From contig CAWJRJ010000025.1 of NCBI GenBank assembly GCA_963845245.1, positions 1-64,000 of the forward strand: a DNA stretch of 64,000 nt. Direction: 5' to 3'. The DNA comes from Nitrospirota bacterium (GTDB lineage Bacteria > Nitrospirota > JACRHJ01). A program made the translations under genes and the position numbers. The notes under the pieces were generated by a model. That model worked only from the letters and a program-made list of their open reading frames with translations. It searched no databases and had not been told where the DNA came from. Positions 11,739 to 22,120 of the stretch are shown here, in pieces. Each line of letters starts with the position of its first letter. Position 1 is the stretch's first letter.

Positions 11739-12662
11739 AAAAAGACCTGCTTACTATTGGACGGCTTACGGAAGAGGATTTCTGGCAGATAATCGACAGG
11801 GCGAGAGACCTCAAAAGGAAGTTCGAGAAAGGCGCGGTGTACAAGCCGCTCGCGGGCAAGACCCTGGCTATGATATTCGAGAAATCTTCCACCCGCACCC
11901 GTGTTTCTTTTGAGGTCGGGATGTACCAGCTGGGGGGCCACGCGCTCTTCCTTTCGCCCTCGGACACCCAGATGTCGAGGGGCGAGGAAGTAAAGGATAC
12001 CGCCAGGGTACTTTCACGCTATGTGGACGCCATCATGGTGCGCACGTTCGCCCATGAGACGGTTGAGCAGATGGCCGAATACGCTACGGTGCCAGTAATA
12101 AACGGCCTGACCGACCTGCACCACCCATGCCAGGTGCTTGCGGACCTCTTCACCGTACAGGAGAAACTGGGTGCCCTCAAGGGCCTGAAGATAGCGTACA
12201 TAGGCGACGGCAACAACATGGCGAACTCGTTGATAGAGGGCGCGGTAAAGGCCGGGATGAACATAAAGCTTGCTTGTCCTGAAGGCTATGAGCCTTGACC
12301 AGAAGATAATCGATGAGAACAAAGCACACCGTAACAGGGAGCAGGACAGCAGGGTTGAGGTGGTGAGGGACCCCATCGAGGCGGCTACGGGCGCAAACGT
12401 CCTTTATACCGATGTCTGGGCGAGCATGGGCCAGGAAGACGAGAAGGCAAAGCGGGCGAAGGCATTCCAGGGCTACCAGATTAACGCAAAACTCCTTGAG
12501 GTTGCCAGACCGGACGTGCTGGTAATGCACTGCCTGCCAGCGCACAGGGGGGAGGAGATTACCGACGATGTGATGGAGGGCCCGAGGTCTGTTGTCTTCG
12601 ACCAGGCCGAAAACCGCTTACACGTGCAGAAGGCGATTCTTGATATCCTGATCAAACACTAA
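11735..12662 (+). CDS. argF: Ornithine carbamoyltransferase (indel near 12296)
   Basis: [46 protein letters not shown]. Confidence 0.95.
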
Positions 12663-12672
12663 GGGGGTAGCC

Positions 12673-13389
12673 ATGAAGAGGCTGATTGTGTTTCTGTCCT
12701 TATTCATGATTTTAGCGTCCATTGTGGCGTTTGCGGAAAACAAGCCGCAACCGAAGAAGACGGCGGAGGAAGCTCCGACTGTCAAGAGCAGGTTCATAAT
12801 ACACCTGAAAGACGGCGGTTCCCTGGCGACAAGTAACTATACCTACGAGAACGGCAAGGTAAAGATGTTGCTGCCTACCGGCTACATGTCCCTGGACAGG
12901 TCTATGGTCTTGAAGATAGAGGAAATAAAGAACGATGATGACGAGAGCACCCAAAATATAATCAGACTTCCGGAGGCACCACAAGGCTCAAGGCCTTCAA
13001 CTACGCGGCAGAGCCAGCCTGCACCTACCCCGCCGCCTTCCCGTGCAGAATCTTCCATACCCTCTGACGACAACGGGCATACCCAGCTTTGGTGGAATGC
13101 CCAGGTGTCCGAATGGAAGAAGAAGCTTCTAGATGCTCAGGCCAGGTATGAAAAGGCGCAGGTCGACTGGAACAAGTACAACGGCTTGGTAAGCACCGTA
13201 CCCGCAGGCACCACGGCCAACCCATCCATTTCAGGTTTTTCGGCTACCCAATACCAGGACCTGCGCGGAGCCGCCAGGGTAGCGATGGACCAGGCCCAGG
13301 CGGACATAGACGACGCTAAGAAGATGCTCGAAGTGGTCCTGCCGGACGAAGCCAGGAAGGCCGGCGCTCCTCCCGGCTGGGTTAGGTAA
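12673..13389 (+). CDS. Secreted hypothetical protein (signal peptide, small beta domain, Pro linker, coiled coil ending ARKAGAPPGWVR)
   Basis: 238-aa ORF with RBS and Sec signal, between argF and argG. Confidence 0.7.
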   Translation: MKRLIVFLSLFMILASIVAFAENKPQPKKTAEEAPTVKSRFIIHLKDGGSLATSNYTYENGKVKMLLPTGYMSLDRSMVLKIEEIKNDDDESTQNIIRLPEAPQGSRPSTTRQSQPAPTPPPSRAESSIPSDDNGHTQLWWNAQVSEWKKKLLDAQARYEKAQVDWNKYNGLVSTVPAGTTANPSISGFSATQYQDLRGAARVAMDQAQADIDDAKKMLEVVLPDEARKAGAPPGWVR

Positions 13390-13395
13390 AATAAC

Positions 13396-13442
13396 GGCTT
13401 TCTTTTGGTACTTTTCTATAACCTGAAAGAAAAGTACGGTCT
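13396..13442. repeat. Intergenic palindromic repeat, half element (copy A)
   Basis: GGCTTTCTTTTGGTACTTTTC...GAAAGAAAAGTACGGTCT, nearly identical to 55764-55810. Confidence 0.8.
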
Positions 13443-13463
13443 TTGTTATTGGAAAGGTTTTTC

Positions 13464-14686
<1,223 letters not shown>

Positions 14687-14690
<4 letters not shown>

Positions 14691-16072
14691 GCGAGAAAAA
14701 GCCGTGGGGTGGGCGTTTCACCGAGCCGACGGACAAGTTCGTCGAGGAGTTCACGCAGTCCGTCTCTTTTGACAAGCGCCTCTACCGCTACGACATAGCA
14801 GGCAGCATCGTCCATGCGCGTATGCTCGGCAAACAGGGGATTATCTCGGCCGAGGACGCCTCAAAGATAATACATGGCCTTGAGCAGGTGCTGGATGATA
14901 TAGAAGAGGGAAAGTTTGAGTGGCGCACGGACCTTGAAGACGTGCACATGAACATCGAGGCGAGGCTCACCGAGAAGATCGGCGAAGCCGGGAAGAGGCT
15001 GCATACAGGCAGGAGCAGAAACGACCAGGTTGCGCTCGACATAAAGATGTACGTGAAAGACGAGATAACCGCAGTCACCCGCGAGATATACCAGGTGCAG
15101 GAGGTAATACTTGCACAGGCTGAAAAGTATATAGAAGTGATAATGCCCGGCTATACGCACCTGCAGAGGGCCCAGCCTGTACTTTTCGCACACCACCTGA
15201 TGGCGTACTTCGAGATGCTAGAGCGAGACAACGGCCGCTTCTTGGACTGCCTGAAGCGCGGTGACAGGATGCCACTGGGCTCTGGCGCGCTGGCTGGTAC
15301 GGGATACCCCATAGACAGAAGGCTGACAGCAAACCTGCTGCGGTTCGACGGGCCGACCGCGAACAGCATAGATTCCGTCTCCGACCGCGACTTCAGCCTT
15401 GAGTTCCTTTCAGCCTGCGCTGTCTTGATGATGCACCTCTCGAGGCTCTCCGAGGAGCTTGTGCTGTGGTCCTCGGGCGAGTTCGGCTTCATAGACCTGC
15501 CGGACGCCTACTGCACCGGGTCGTCGATTATGCCACAGAAGAAGAACCCCGACGTCCCGGAACTCGTGCGCGGAAAGACCGGCCGGGTATACGGCGACCT
15601 CATGGCGCTGCTTACCGTTATGAAGGGCCTTCCGCTCGCCTACAACAAGGACATGCAGGAGGACAAGGAGCCGGTCTTCGACGCGGCCGACACGGTGCGC
15701 GGCTGCCTCAGGGCGGTAAAGGACATACTGGCCGGGGTCTCGCCGCGGCAGGAGCGGATGCTTGCCGCCGCAAAGGGCGGCTACTCGACCGCGACCGACC
15801 TGGCCGACTACCTGGTGAGGAAGGGCCTTCCGTTCAGGGAGGCGCACGAGGTGGTCGGGAAGGTGGTAAGACATCTCATCGAAAGCGGACGTGAGATGGA
15901 AGAGCTGACGATAGAGGAGATGAAGGAATTCTATCCCGCCGCCGACCAGGAGGCGCTCGACTGCCTGACCCTGGAGTTTTCGGTGAACTCCAGAAAACAC
16001 ATAGGCGGTACCGCCCGGTCTGCTGTCCTGGAGCATATTAAACTTATCAAAGAGCTAAGGGCTAAAGCTTGA
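14687..16072 (+). CDS. argH: Argininosuccinate lyase
   Basis: [43 protein letters not shown]. Confidence 0.96.
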
Positions 16073-16075
16073 TAG

Positions 16076-17395
16076 ATGGACAGGGAAACTAAAGAAGTCC
16101 TGACCCAGATCTATCAGGCCGCCATAGCGGCCGTTGACCCGTACATCGCAGTAAAAGATAACCTGTCCCTGGAAGCAGGCCGTCTTGCCATTGGTGGCAC
16201 CCACTACTCCCTTTCAGAAATAATGAATATTTTTGTTATCGGCGCCGGTAAGGCTGCGTATGGCATGGCGCGCGCCGCAGAGGATGTCCTGGGCGACCTT
16301 ATAACCGGTGGGGCTGTCGTGACAAAAGACGGCCACGGCGGCAGGCTAGGCAGGATAAGGGTACTTGAGGCCTCACATCCTCTGCCGGATGGGCGAGGAG
16401 TCATTGCCGCAAACCGGATCAGGGACTTTGCAAGCATGGCGGGCGAAGAAGATATCGTACTCTGCCTTTTTTCGGGAGGTGCTTCGGCACTGATGGTTCT
16501 GCCGGCCGAGGGTATTACACTTAAGGACAAGCAGGAGGTGACGCAGCTTCTGTTGTCTTCCGGCGCGGACATCGGCGAGATAAACAGCGTAAGGAAGCAC
16601 CTGTCGGCCATAAAAGGAGGGCGACTGGCCGAGGCGGCATTCCCTGCAAGGGTCTCCACCCTTATAATGTCCGACGTGATAGGCAACGATATAGGCACTA
16701 TAGCCTCTGGCCCTACCGCCCCTGACGAGACAAGCTTTAAGCAGGCCGCCGAGATATTGAAGATGAGGGGGGTATACAATCGCCTGCCGGACTCAGTAAA
16801 AAATTATCTCAACAAGGGCTGTCTGGGGGGGATACCGGAGACTCCGAAGCTGGGAGCCGAAATATTCGGCCGAGTCGATAACCTTATTGTGGCTTCAAAC
16901 ATGACCGCCTTGGAGAAGGCAAGGGAGGTTGCCGGTTACATGGGTTATCATGCATTTATCTACGACAGCATGCTGAACGGTGAGGCGAGGGACGCCGCCG
17001 CCAAGCTTGCCCGGGAGGCAATACAATACAAAAAAGAGGGCGGACTTTCCCCGGCCTGCCTGATAGTAGGCGGTGAGACCACGGTTACGGTGAATGGGAC
17101 GGGTCTCGGGGGCAGAAACCAGGAGCTTGCCTTGGCCTTTGCAATGCAAACGGATAAAAACCCTGAAATATCCGCCCTGTTTGCCGGGACGGACGGGACG
17201 GACGGACCGACCTTGGCAGCCGGGGCGTTTGTGGATGGCTATACGATAAAAAACGCAATGAAACAAGGTATTGAAACATCCGAATACCTGTCGGCCAATG
17301 ACTCGTACCACTTTTTTGAAGCGCTGGGAGATCTTTTCTCACCGGGTCCTACCGGCACAAATGTGATGGACATCGGGATAATATTGATCAAATAA
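16076..17395 (+). CDS. Glycerate 2-kinase (MOFRL/TtuD family)
   Basis: GAGKAA, SGGASAL, RKHLSAIKGG, IASGPT, GGETTV, GGRNQE, GTDGTDG, TGTNVMD. Confidence 0.9.
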   Translation: MDRETKEVLTQIYQAAIAAVDPYIAVKDNLSLEAGRLAIGGTHYSLSEIMNIFVIGAGKAAYGMARAAEDVLGDLITGGAVVTKDGHGGRLGRIRVLEASHPLPDGRGVIAANRIRDFASMAGEEDIVLCLFSGGASALMVLPAEGITLKDKQEVTQLLLSSGADIGEINSVRKHLSAIKGGRLAEAAFPARVSTLIMSDVIGNDIGTIASGPTAPDETSFKQAAEILKMRGVYNRLPDSVKNYLNKGCLGGIPETPKLGAEIFGRVDNLIVASNMTALEKAREVAGYMGYHAFIYDSMLNGEARDAAAKLAREAIQYKKEGGLSPACLIVGGETTVTVNGTGLGGRNQELALAFAMQTDKNPEISALFAGTDGTDGPTLAAGAFVDGYTIKNAMKQGIETSEYLSANDSYHFFEALGDLFSPGPTGTNVMDIGIILIK

Positions 17396-17402
17396 ATAAT
17401 GA

Positions 17403-17431
17403 TGTAACCTTTTTCCACGCTCATGCGTCTA
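17403..17431 (+). promoter_or_regulatory. ECF-type promoter 1 (TGTAAC-N17-CGTCTA)
   Basis: Same motif and spacing at 17760 and 18304. Confidence 0.7.
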
Positions 17432-17498
17432 TTGCACTGTTTGCATGGTAGTTTGAACTTATTGATTGGCCAGGATGGCCGGAAAGGTAGGGGAAAAA

Positions 17499-17717
17499 AT
17501 GAAGAAGATTCTTGCAGTTGTCATGATGGGAATGCTCTTTACCGCCACGTGCGCTTTCGCTGAGGAAGCCGCCAAGACTGAAGCCGCCCCCGCAGCTGCC
17601 GCCGCTACGACTAAGGACGCGTGCGAGCCTGGCAAGGTACCGGCGAAGAAGCACCACAAGAAGCACAAGAAGCACAAGAAGGCCATGGCGAATGCCACTA
17701 CAGCCGTAAAGAAGTAA
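17499..17717 (+). CDS. Small secreted Lys/His/Ala-rich Asr-like protein 1
   Basis: MKKILAVV...AFA signal, EEAAKTEAAPAAAA, KKHHKKHKKHKK. Confidence 0.75.
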   Translation: MKKILAVVMMGMLFTATCAFAEEAAKTEAAPAAAAATTKDACEPGKVPAKKHHKKHKKHKKAMANATTAVKK

Positions 17718-17759
17718 ATATCAGTTTTTTTTGCACGGGCGGTTAAATTTGGATAAAGG

Positions 17760-17788
17760 TGTAAACCTTTTGAAGATAAACCCGTCTA
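17760..17788 (+). promoter_or_regulatory. ECF-type promoter 2 (TGTAAA-N17-CGTCTA)
   Basis: tgtaaaccttttgaagataaacccgtcta. Confidence 0.7.
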
Positions 17789-17862
17789 AGCATACAGACT
17801 TGACCCTGGGTTTCTGTTAACTTATTTATGTGGCCGAAAGGCCGGAAAAGGTGGATTTTAGA

Positions 17863-18123
17863 ATGAAGAAAATATTCGCGATTGCCCTGATGACCGTTAT
17901 GTTTGCCGCCCCGATTGCTTTCGCTGAGGAAGCCGCCAAGACCGAAGCCGCCCCCGCAGCAGCCGCCACCGAGAAGGCCCCTGTGAAGAAGGCCAAGAAG
18001 CATGCCAAGAAGAAGGTCATGAAGAACGTGAGCGGCGTTGAGAAGAAGGCAACGAAGAAGGCCAAAGAAGGCCGAGAAGAAGGCCGAAGAGATGAAGCCC
18101 CGACAGAGAAGAAGGCCGAGTAA
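17863..18123 (+). CDS. Small secreted Lys/Ala-rich Asr-like protein 2
   Basis: Signal ending AFA; shares AFAEEAAKTEAAPAAAA with protein 1; KKAKKHAKKK; C-terminus may carry indels. Confidence 0.75.
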   Translation: MKKIFAIALMTVMFAAPIAFAEEAAKTEAAPAAAATEKAPVKKAKKHAKKKVMKNVSGVEKKATKKAKEGREEGRRDEAPTEKKAE

Positions 18124-18303
18124 TTTAGTAAAAAAACCGTAATACCCAGCGGTTAAGTCAAGTCAGCAGCACAAAACGAAAGACGATGAAAGCTTTCATC
18201 ATCTGCACTTAAGGGCATGGTCGGGGCCGCAAGGCCCCACCGGCCCGCAGGTGACAATCCTGTTCAATACTCCCGATTTTCCTTTAAAAAACTCCCCTTT
18301 TTC

Positions 18304-18332
18304 TGTAATCTTTTTATTAGCTCGCCCGTCTA
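18304..18332 (+). promoter_or_regulatory. ECF-type promoter 3 (TGTAAT-N17-CGTCTA), upstream of the sigma operon
   Basis: tgtaatctttttattagctcgcccgtcta. Confidence 0.7.
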
Positions 18333-18452
18333 AGTATCAGAGCCGGCGAAGAGTGGTTGTTTAGGCTTCCGTTTTCCTGGCGGGGATGTCGGAAGGGTTG
18401 TGCAAACCGCCTGAAGGAGCGTCTGGGCTTGACTGTCCGGACGGAAAGCACT

Positions 18453-18704
18453 ATGAAGAAGTATCTGATGATGATATTGGCTGCCGCAGTGTTGACGGCC
18501 CCGATGATGTTTACCGTATCGGTTTATGCGCAGGAGAAGGCTGCGGGTGGCACGGAGACCAAGGCTGCGGATACCGTCAAGACCGAAAAGAAGGTTGAGA
18601 AAAAGGCAGTCAAGCATCATAAAAAACATGTAAAGAAGGCCAAGAAGGCAAAAGCGGCCAAGGCCCCGGAAGCGGCAACCGAGTCCGCCCCGGCAGTCAA
18701 ATAA
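18453..18704 (+). CDS. Small secreted Lys/His/Ala-rich Asr-like protein 3
   Basis: MKKYLMMILAAA...VYA signal; KHHKKHVKKAKKAKAAKA. Confidence 0.75.
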   Translation: MKKYLMMILAAAVLTAPMMFTVSVYAQEKAAGGTETKAADTVKTEKKVEKKAVKHHKKHVKKAKKAKAAKAPEAATESAPAVK

Positions 18705-18709
18705 GATAA

Positions 18710-19345
18710 GTGCGCAGCGCTGAAATCGATTCCGGACACCGGGATATGATGGAAATTGACGAAAAGGCGCTGATCGAAGCTGCGAAGTATGGCGATGCAG
18801 AGGCCTTCGGGGTGCTGGTTAAACGCTACATGCCGAAGGCCTTGTCCTTTGTCAGGCAGATGACAGGGAGCGCTGAAGACGCAGAGGACCTGGCCCAGGA
18901 GGCTTTCTTAAAGGCATACCGGGGGTTGGGCGGTTTTAAGGGCGAATCGAGTTTTTATACATGGTTTTTCCGGGTGCTCTCGAATATCTGCCTCGATCAC
19001 CTGAGAAAAGGCGTTTTTTTAAAGAAAGTTTTTTTTATTCCCTCGGTGTCTGATGAGGATGACGACGAGTCCGGTCAGCTCGAACAGGCGCCGGACCCGA
19101 ACACTTCATGGAGCAGGCCTGATGACAGGCTGGACCAGAAAGAACTGAGGGCGGCGCTTTCAAGGGCGCTTAAAATTCTGCCGGAGAGGCAGAGGGCGGT
19201 TTTTCTGCTGAAGAACAACGAAGGCATGAAGATTACCGAGATAGCCGCCGTACTTGGTATAAGCGAGGGCGCGGTAAAATCGCACCTGGTCAGGGCGATA
19301 ACCTCGCTCCGCAAGCATATGAAAGGGTATGGACGTCATGTTTAA
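18710..19345 (+). CDS. ECF RNA polymerase sigma-70 factor
   Basis: GDAEAFGVLV, DAEDLAQEAF, SSFYTWFFRV..N.CLD, LPERQRAVF, EIAAVLGIS.GAVKS. Confidence 0.93.
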   Translation: MRSAEIDSGHRDMMEIDEKALIEAAKYGDAEAFGVLVKRYMPKALSFVRQMTGSAEDAEDLAQEAFLKAYRGLGGFKGESSFYTWFFRVLSNICLDHLRKGVFLKKVFFIPSVSDEDDDESGQLEQAPDPNTSWSRPDDRLDQKELRAALSRALKILPERQRAVFLLKNNEGMKITEIAAVLGISEGAVKSHLVRAITSLRKHMKGYGRHV

Positions 19346-19800
19346 GGATACGGATTGCAAAGACTACGGGGAATTGCTGGTCCTCTACCATTACGGTGAA
19401 CTGGGGCCTTCAGAGTCCGAGACGTGTTGCGGCCCATCTGAGATCCTGTCCTGCCTGCGCAAAAGAGCTTGGCGAGATATCGGGAATCCTGGCCGCCGTT
19501 CCCGAGTACACCCCGACACAGTTTGAGACAGCGCGGGCGGTCAAGGGAGTGATGGACAGTATTTCAACCGTCAAGGTAGGCAGATGGGCCAGCAGGCTGC
19601 TTCCGGCTTATATTGCGGCCGCGGCGACGGTCGCCGCGATAGCTCTTTCGGTGTCCGTCCCGAAGTTTATAGACAAGGCCCCACAGGAAAACCAGATACT
19701 CGCACAGAGCGACTGGGAGGTTGTGGAGAACTATGACGTTATCAAGGATTACGATGTCATAGAACAGATGGACAACATCGACAATTTAGAGCAGCTTTAA
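19329..19800 (+). CDS. Zinc-finger (zf-HC2/ZAS) transmembrane anti-sigma factor (indel near 19420)
   Basis: C..Y.ELL..Y.YGEL followed by HLRSCPAC; single TM segment; overlaps the sigma stop. Confidence 0.82.
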
Positions 19801-19816
19801 ACCCGGAAAACAGGTA

Positions 19817-20371
19817 ATGCGGCGTTCAGTACTGACAACCATAGTTATTACGGCTGCGATAGTGCTCGGCACGGCTGCCGTCTTTATTGCGGACGACAGA
19901 AAGCCTGAGATAGCAGCCGCTCCGGCCACGGAAATATCAGCCGCCCAGAAAAGGTGGGATGCGCTCAGTTCGCGTGACAAGGCGAGGTTCCTGAGAAATT
20001 ATGAGATGTGGGAGACCATCCCGCCTGAAAGGCGCGAGAGGCTGAAGAAGGCCTACGAGATATTTATGGCCCTGCCTCCCGAGAAGAAGCAGGAGCTTCG
20101 TGATAAGTACAAGAAGTTCCAGAGCCTCCCGCCCGAGAAAAAGCAGAAGGTCCTTAAAAAGGCCGAGCGCTGGCGCAACATGACCCATGAAGAACGCGAG
20201 GCCTATCGCGCCAAAGTCGCGCATTACAACGCCCTGCCGCCTGAAAAGAAACAAGAGATAAAGAAACGGATAGACGCCCTGAAGACCTTGCCGCCTGAGG
20301 AGCAGCAGAAGCAGCGTGAAGAGCTCCGCAAGGAGCTTGAGGCGCAAGGTATCATCGTACCGCCAAAATAA
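19817..20371 (+). CDS. DUF3106-like exported helical repeat protein
   Basis: Repeated (W/F/Y)xxLPPEKKQE units after an N-terminal hydrophobic segment; follows sigma and anti-sigma. Confidence 0.75.
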   Translation: MRRSVLTTIVITAAIVLGTAAVFIADDRKPEIAAAPATEISAAQKRWDALSSRDKARFLRNYEMWETIPPERRERLKKAYEIFMALPPEKKQELRDKYKKFQSLPPEKKQKVLKKAERWRNMTHEEREAYRAKVAHYNALPPEKKQEIKKRIDALKTLPPEEQQKQREELRKELEAQGIIVPPK

Positions 20372-20387
20372 CGTCGCGTAATAATCA

Positions 20388-20437
20388 GACAATAACAAAA
20401 GCCTGCCCCTATATAGGGGCAGGCTTTTGTTATTGTC
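20388..20437. terminator. Bidirectional terminator; perfect 50-bp palindrome
   Basis: GACAATAACAAAAGCCTGCCCCTAT|ATAGGGGCAGGCTTTTGTTATTGTC between convergent genes. Confidence 0.8.
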
Positions 20438-20459
20438 ACATATAATCCAAACCGTTTTT

Positions 20460-21935
20460 TTAATACTTCGATACGTGACAGGCGTCGCAGAGTTGGTCGC
20501 CTGGTCGCCTTAAACGGCGGTCGGCCTCTTCTTCGTCGCCATTCGCGCCACCAATGTGCGGGTTGTGACAGGTTATGCAGGTTATAAAGCCGGCATCGTC
20601 GAGCGGCATGTCCTTGGGCACTTCCATCGGTGGCATGACGAGATGTTCGGTGCCGGCCGGGTGCGGCGTGCGTTCGTGGCACCGCAGGCAGATCATCCTG
20701 AGGCTGGTTATAAAGGTCACGGTCTTCCTGGTGTCGGTCTTGCTGTCCGGCTGTCGCTCGTGGCAGAACAGGCAACCCTCCTTGGCCTCGATGTCCTTGT
20801 GCGGGTTGGTCTTGGAGAACTTGGCCTCGTCGTGGCAGGAATAGCAGAGCGCCTTCATGGAGCCGTCCTTCTCGTTGAAAAGGCGGAGCTTCACCTTTCC
20901 CCCGCCGCAGTTCATGTCGTGGCAGGTTATGCAGTTTATATTGCCCTTTGCGTCAAGCGGGAGGTACGGCGGGATATGCATCTCCTTCGCAGGGGCAATA
21001 TCCACCGGGTGTATGTTGTGGGTGCCGTGGCAGCTGTTGCAGAGTAACCCGATGACCCCCTTGTACTTCAGGCCCTGGTATACGACGTCTAGGGACTGCC
21101 CCATTGCAGGCACGCGGTTGTGGCAGGCCTGGCAGTCGTTCTTGTGCGGGTTGAAGTTGCGCGCCGCCTCCATGGTTACGATGTATTCGCGCCTTAAGAA
21201 ATGCAGGGTATCGGTCGTGCCGTGCGGGTTGTGGCAGGTGGCGCAGGTGACAGAGCCGTCGATGTCCCTGGGTAGCGACTTCGGCGGAACGATATCCTTG
21301 TCGACGTTCAGGGGGTGGTTCTTCTCGGCCATGTTGTGGCAGAAGTTGCAGGTCTTCAATATCCCGTAACGGAAACGCACTGTCTTCTGGTTGTCCATCC
21401 GTGTCGGCTCGGTCTGGTGGCAGAAGACGCAGAGGCCGCGCTCCTTCTGGTTGACGTGCGGGTTTTTCTTCATGAACCGCTCGCCGTGGCAGTCTATGCA
21501 GAGGTCAGGCCTGCTGGTGTATCGCCCGTCGGTAAAGCCCCTCAGCAGGTGGTCTTTTGTGGTGACAAGGTGCATGTCATGGCAGGTCGTGCAGGCGACA
21601 TGGCCGTTATGCAGGGGAAGGTTGGTTGGGACCTTCATCGAAGGCAGCTGGTCCACGGGGTGGATGTTCTGGGACTTGTTGTGGCAGGAGTAGCACATCT
21701 TGGTGATGTCCCCGTCCATCGCCATCGGCACATGCCCGTCGTCACCGGCCTTTACGTTATTTGTACCGTGGCATACATCGCACGGGAGCTTGTTGTGAGG
21801 GTTTTCATGCGTAACGCGGTTTGATTCGATGAGTTTCTTGAGCGCGGTGGACTCCCCGGAGTCCTGGGCGAACAGGACTGCGGCTGGAAAGATAAGGGCG
21901 ATAAAGGCAAGGGCGATGATTACGGACGCACGCAT
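20460..21935 (-). CDS. Periplasmic multiheme cytochrome c, 15 CxxCH motifs
   Basis: Signal peptide; 15 CxxCH counted in four internal repeats with NPH and HP distal-His motifs. Confidence 0.92.
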   Translation of the reverse strand: MRASVIIALAFIALIFPAAVLFAQDSGESTALKKLIESNRVTHENPHNKLPCDVCHGTNNVKAGDDGHVPMAMDGDITKMCYSCHNKSQNIHPVDQLPSMKVPTNLPLHNGHVACTTCHDMHLVTTKDHLLRGFTDGRYTSRPDLCIDCHGERFMKKNPHVNQKERGLCVFCHQTEPTRMDNQKTVRFRYGILKTCNFCHNMAEKNHPLNVDKDIVPPKSLPRDIDGSVTCATCHNPHGTTDTLHFLRREYIVTMEAARNFNPHKNDCQACHNRVPAMGQSLDVVYQGLKYKGVIGLLCNSCHGTHNIHPVDIAPAKEMHIPPYLPLDAKGNINCITCHDMNCGGGKVKLRLFNEKDGSMKALCYSCHDEAKFSKTNPHKDIEAKEGCLFCHERQPDSKTDTRKTVTFITSLRMICLRCHERTPHPAGTEHLVMPPMEVPKDMPLDDAGFITCITCHNPHIGGANGDEEEADRRLRRPGDQLCDACHVSKY

Positions 21936-22120
21936 GGCTGAACACCTGATTATGATAATTCCGGTAAAATATCATCATATCCCTCCGGTGTCAAGGATAA
22001 GTAAATCCACTGGGCAGTAACGATGTTTTAATTAAATAAAATTAATGAAATTAAGGGGCGCAACGCGGAAATATTATTGACTTATTACCTCCGGTATTGT
22101 AAACATAGAAGCCGGATGAG

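Noticed and set aside
12290..12300. TGA in argF as selenocysteine or recoding
   Set aside because: The downstream sequence continues in a different frame (CCT-T-GAC), so it is an inserted base, not an in-frame stop.
18165..18205. Hammerhead ribozyme (GAAA and GATGA words)
   Set aside because: The CUGANGA core is not present in the required arrangement.
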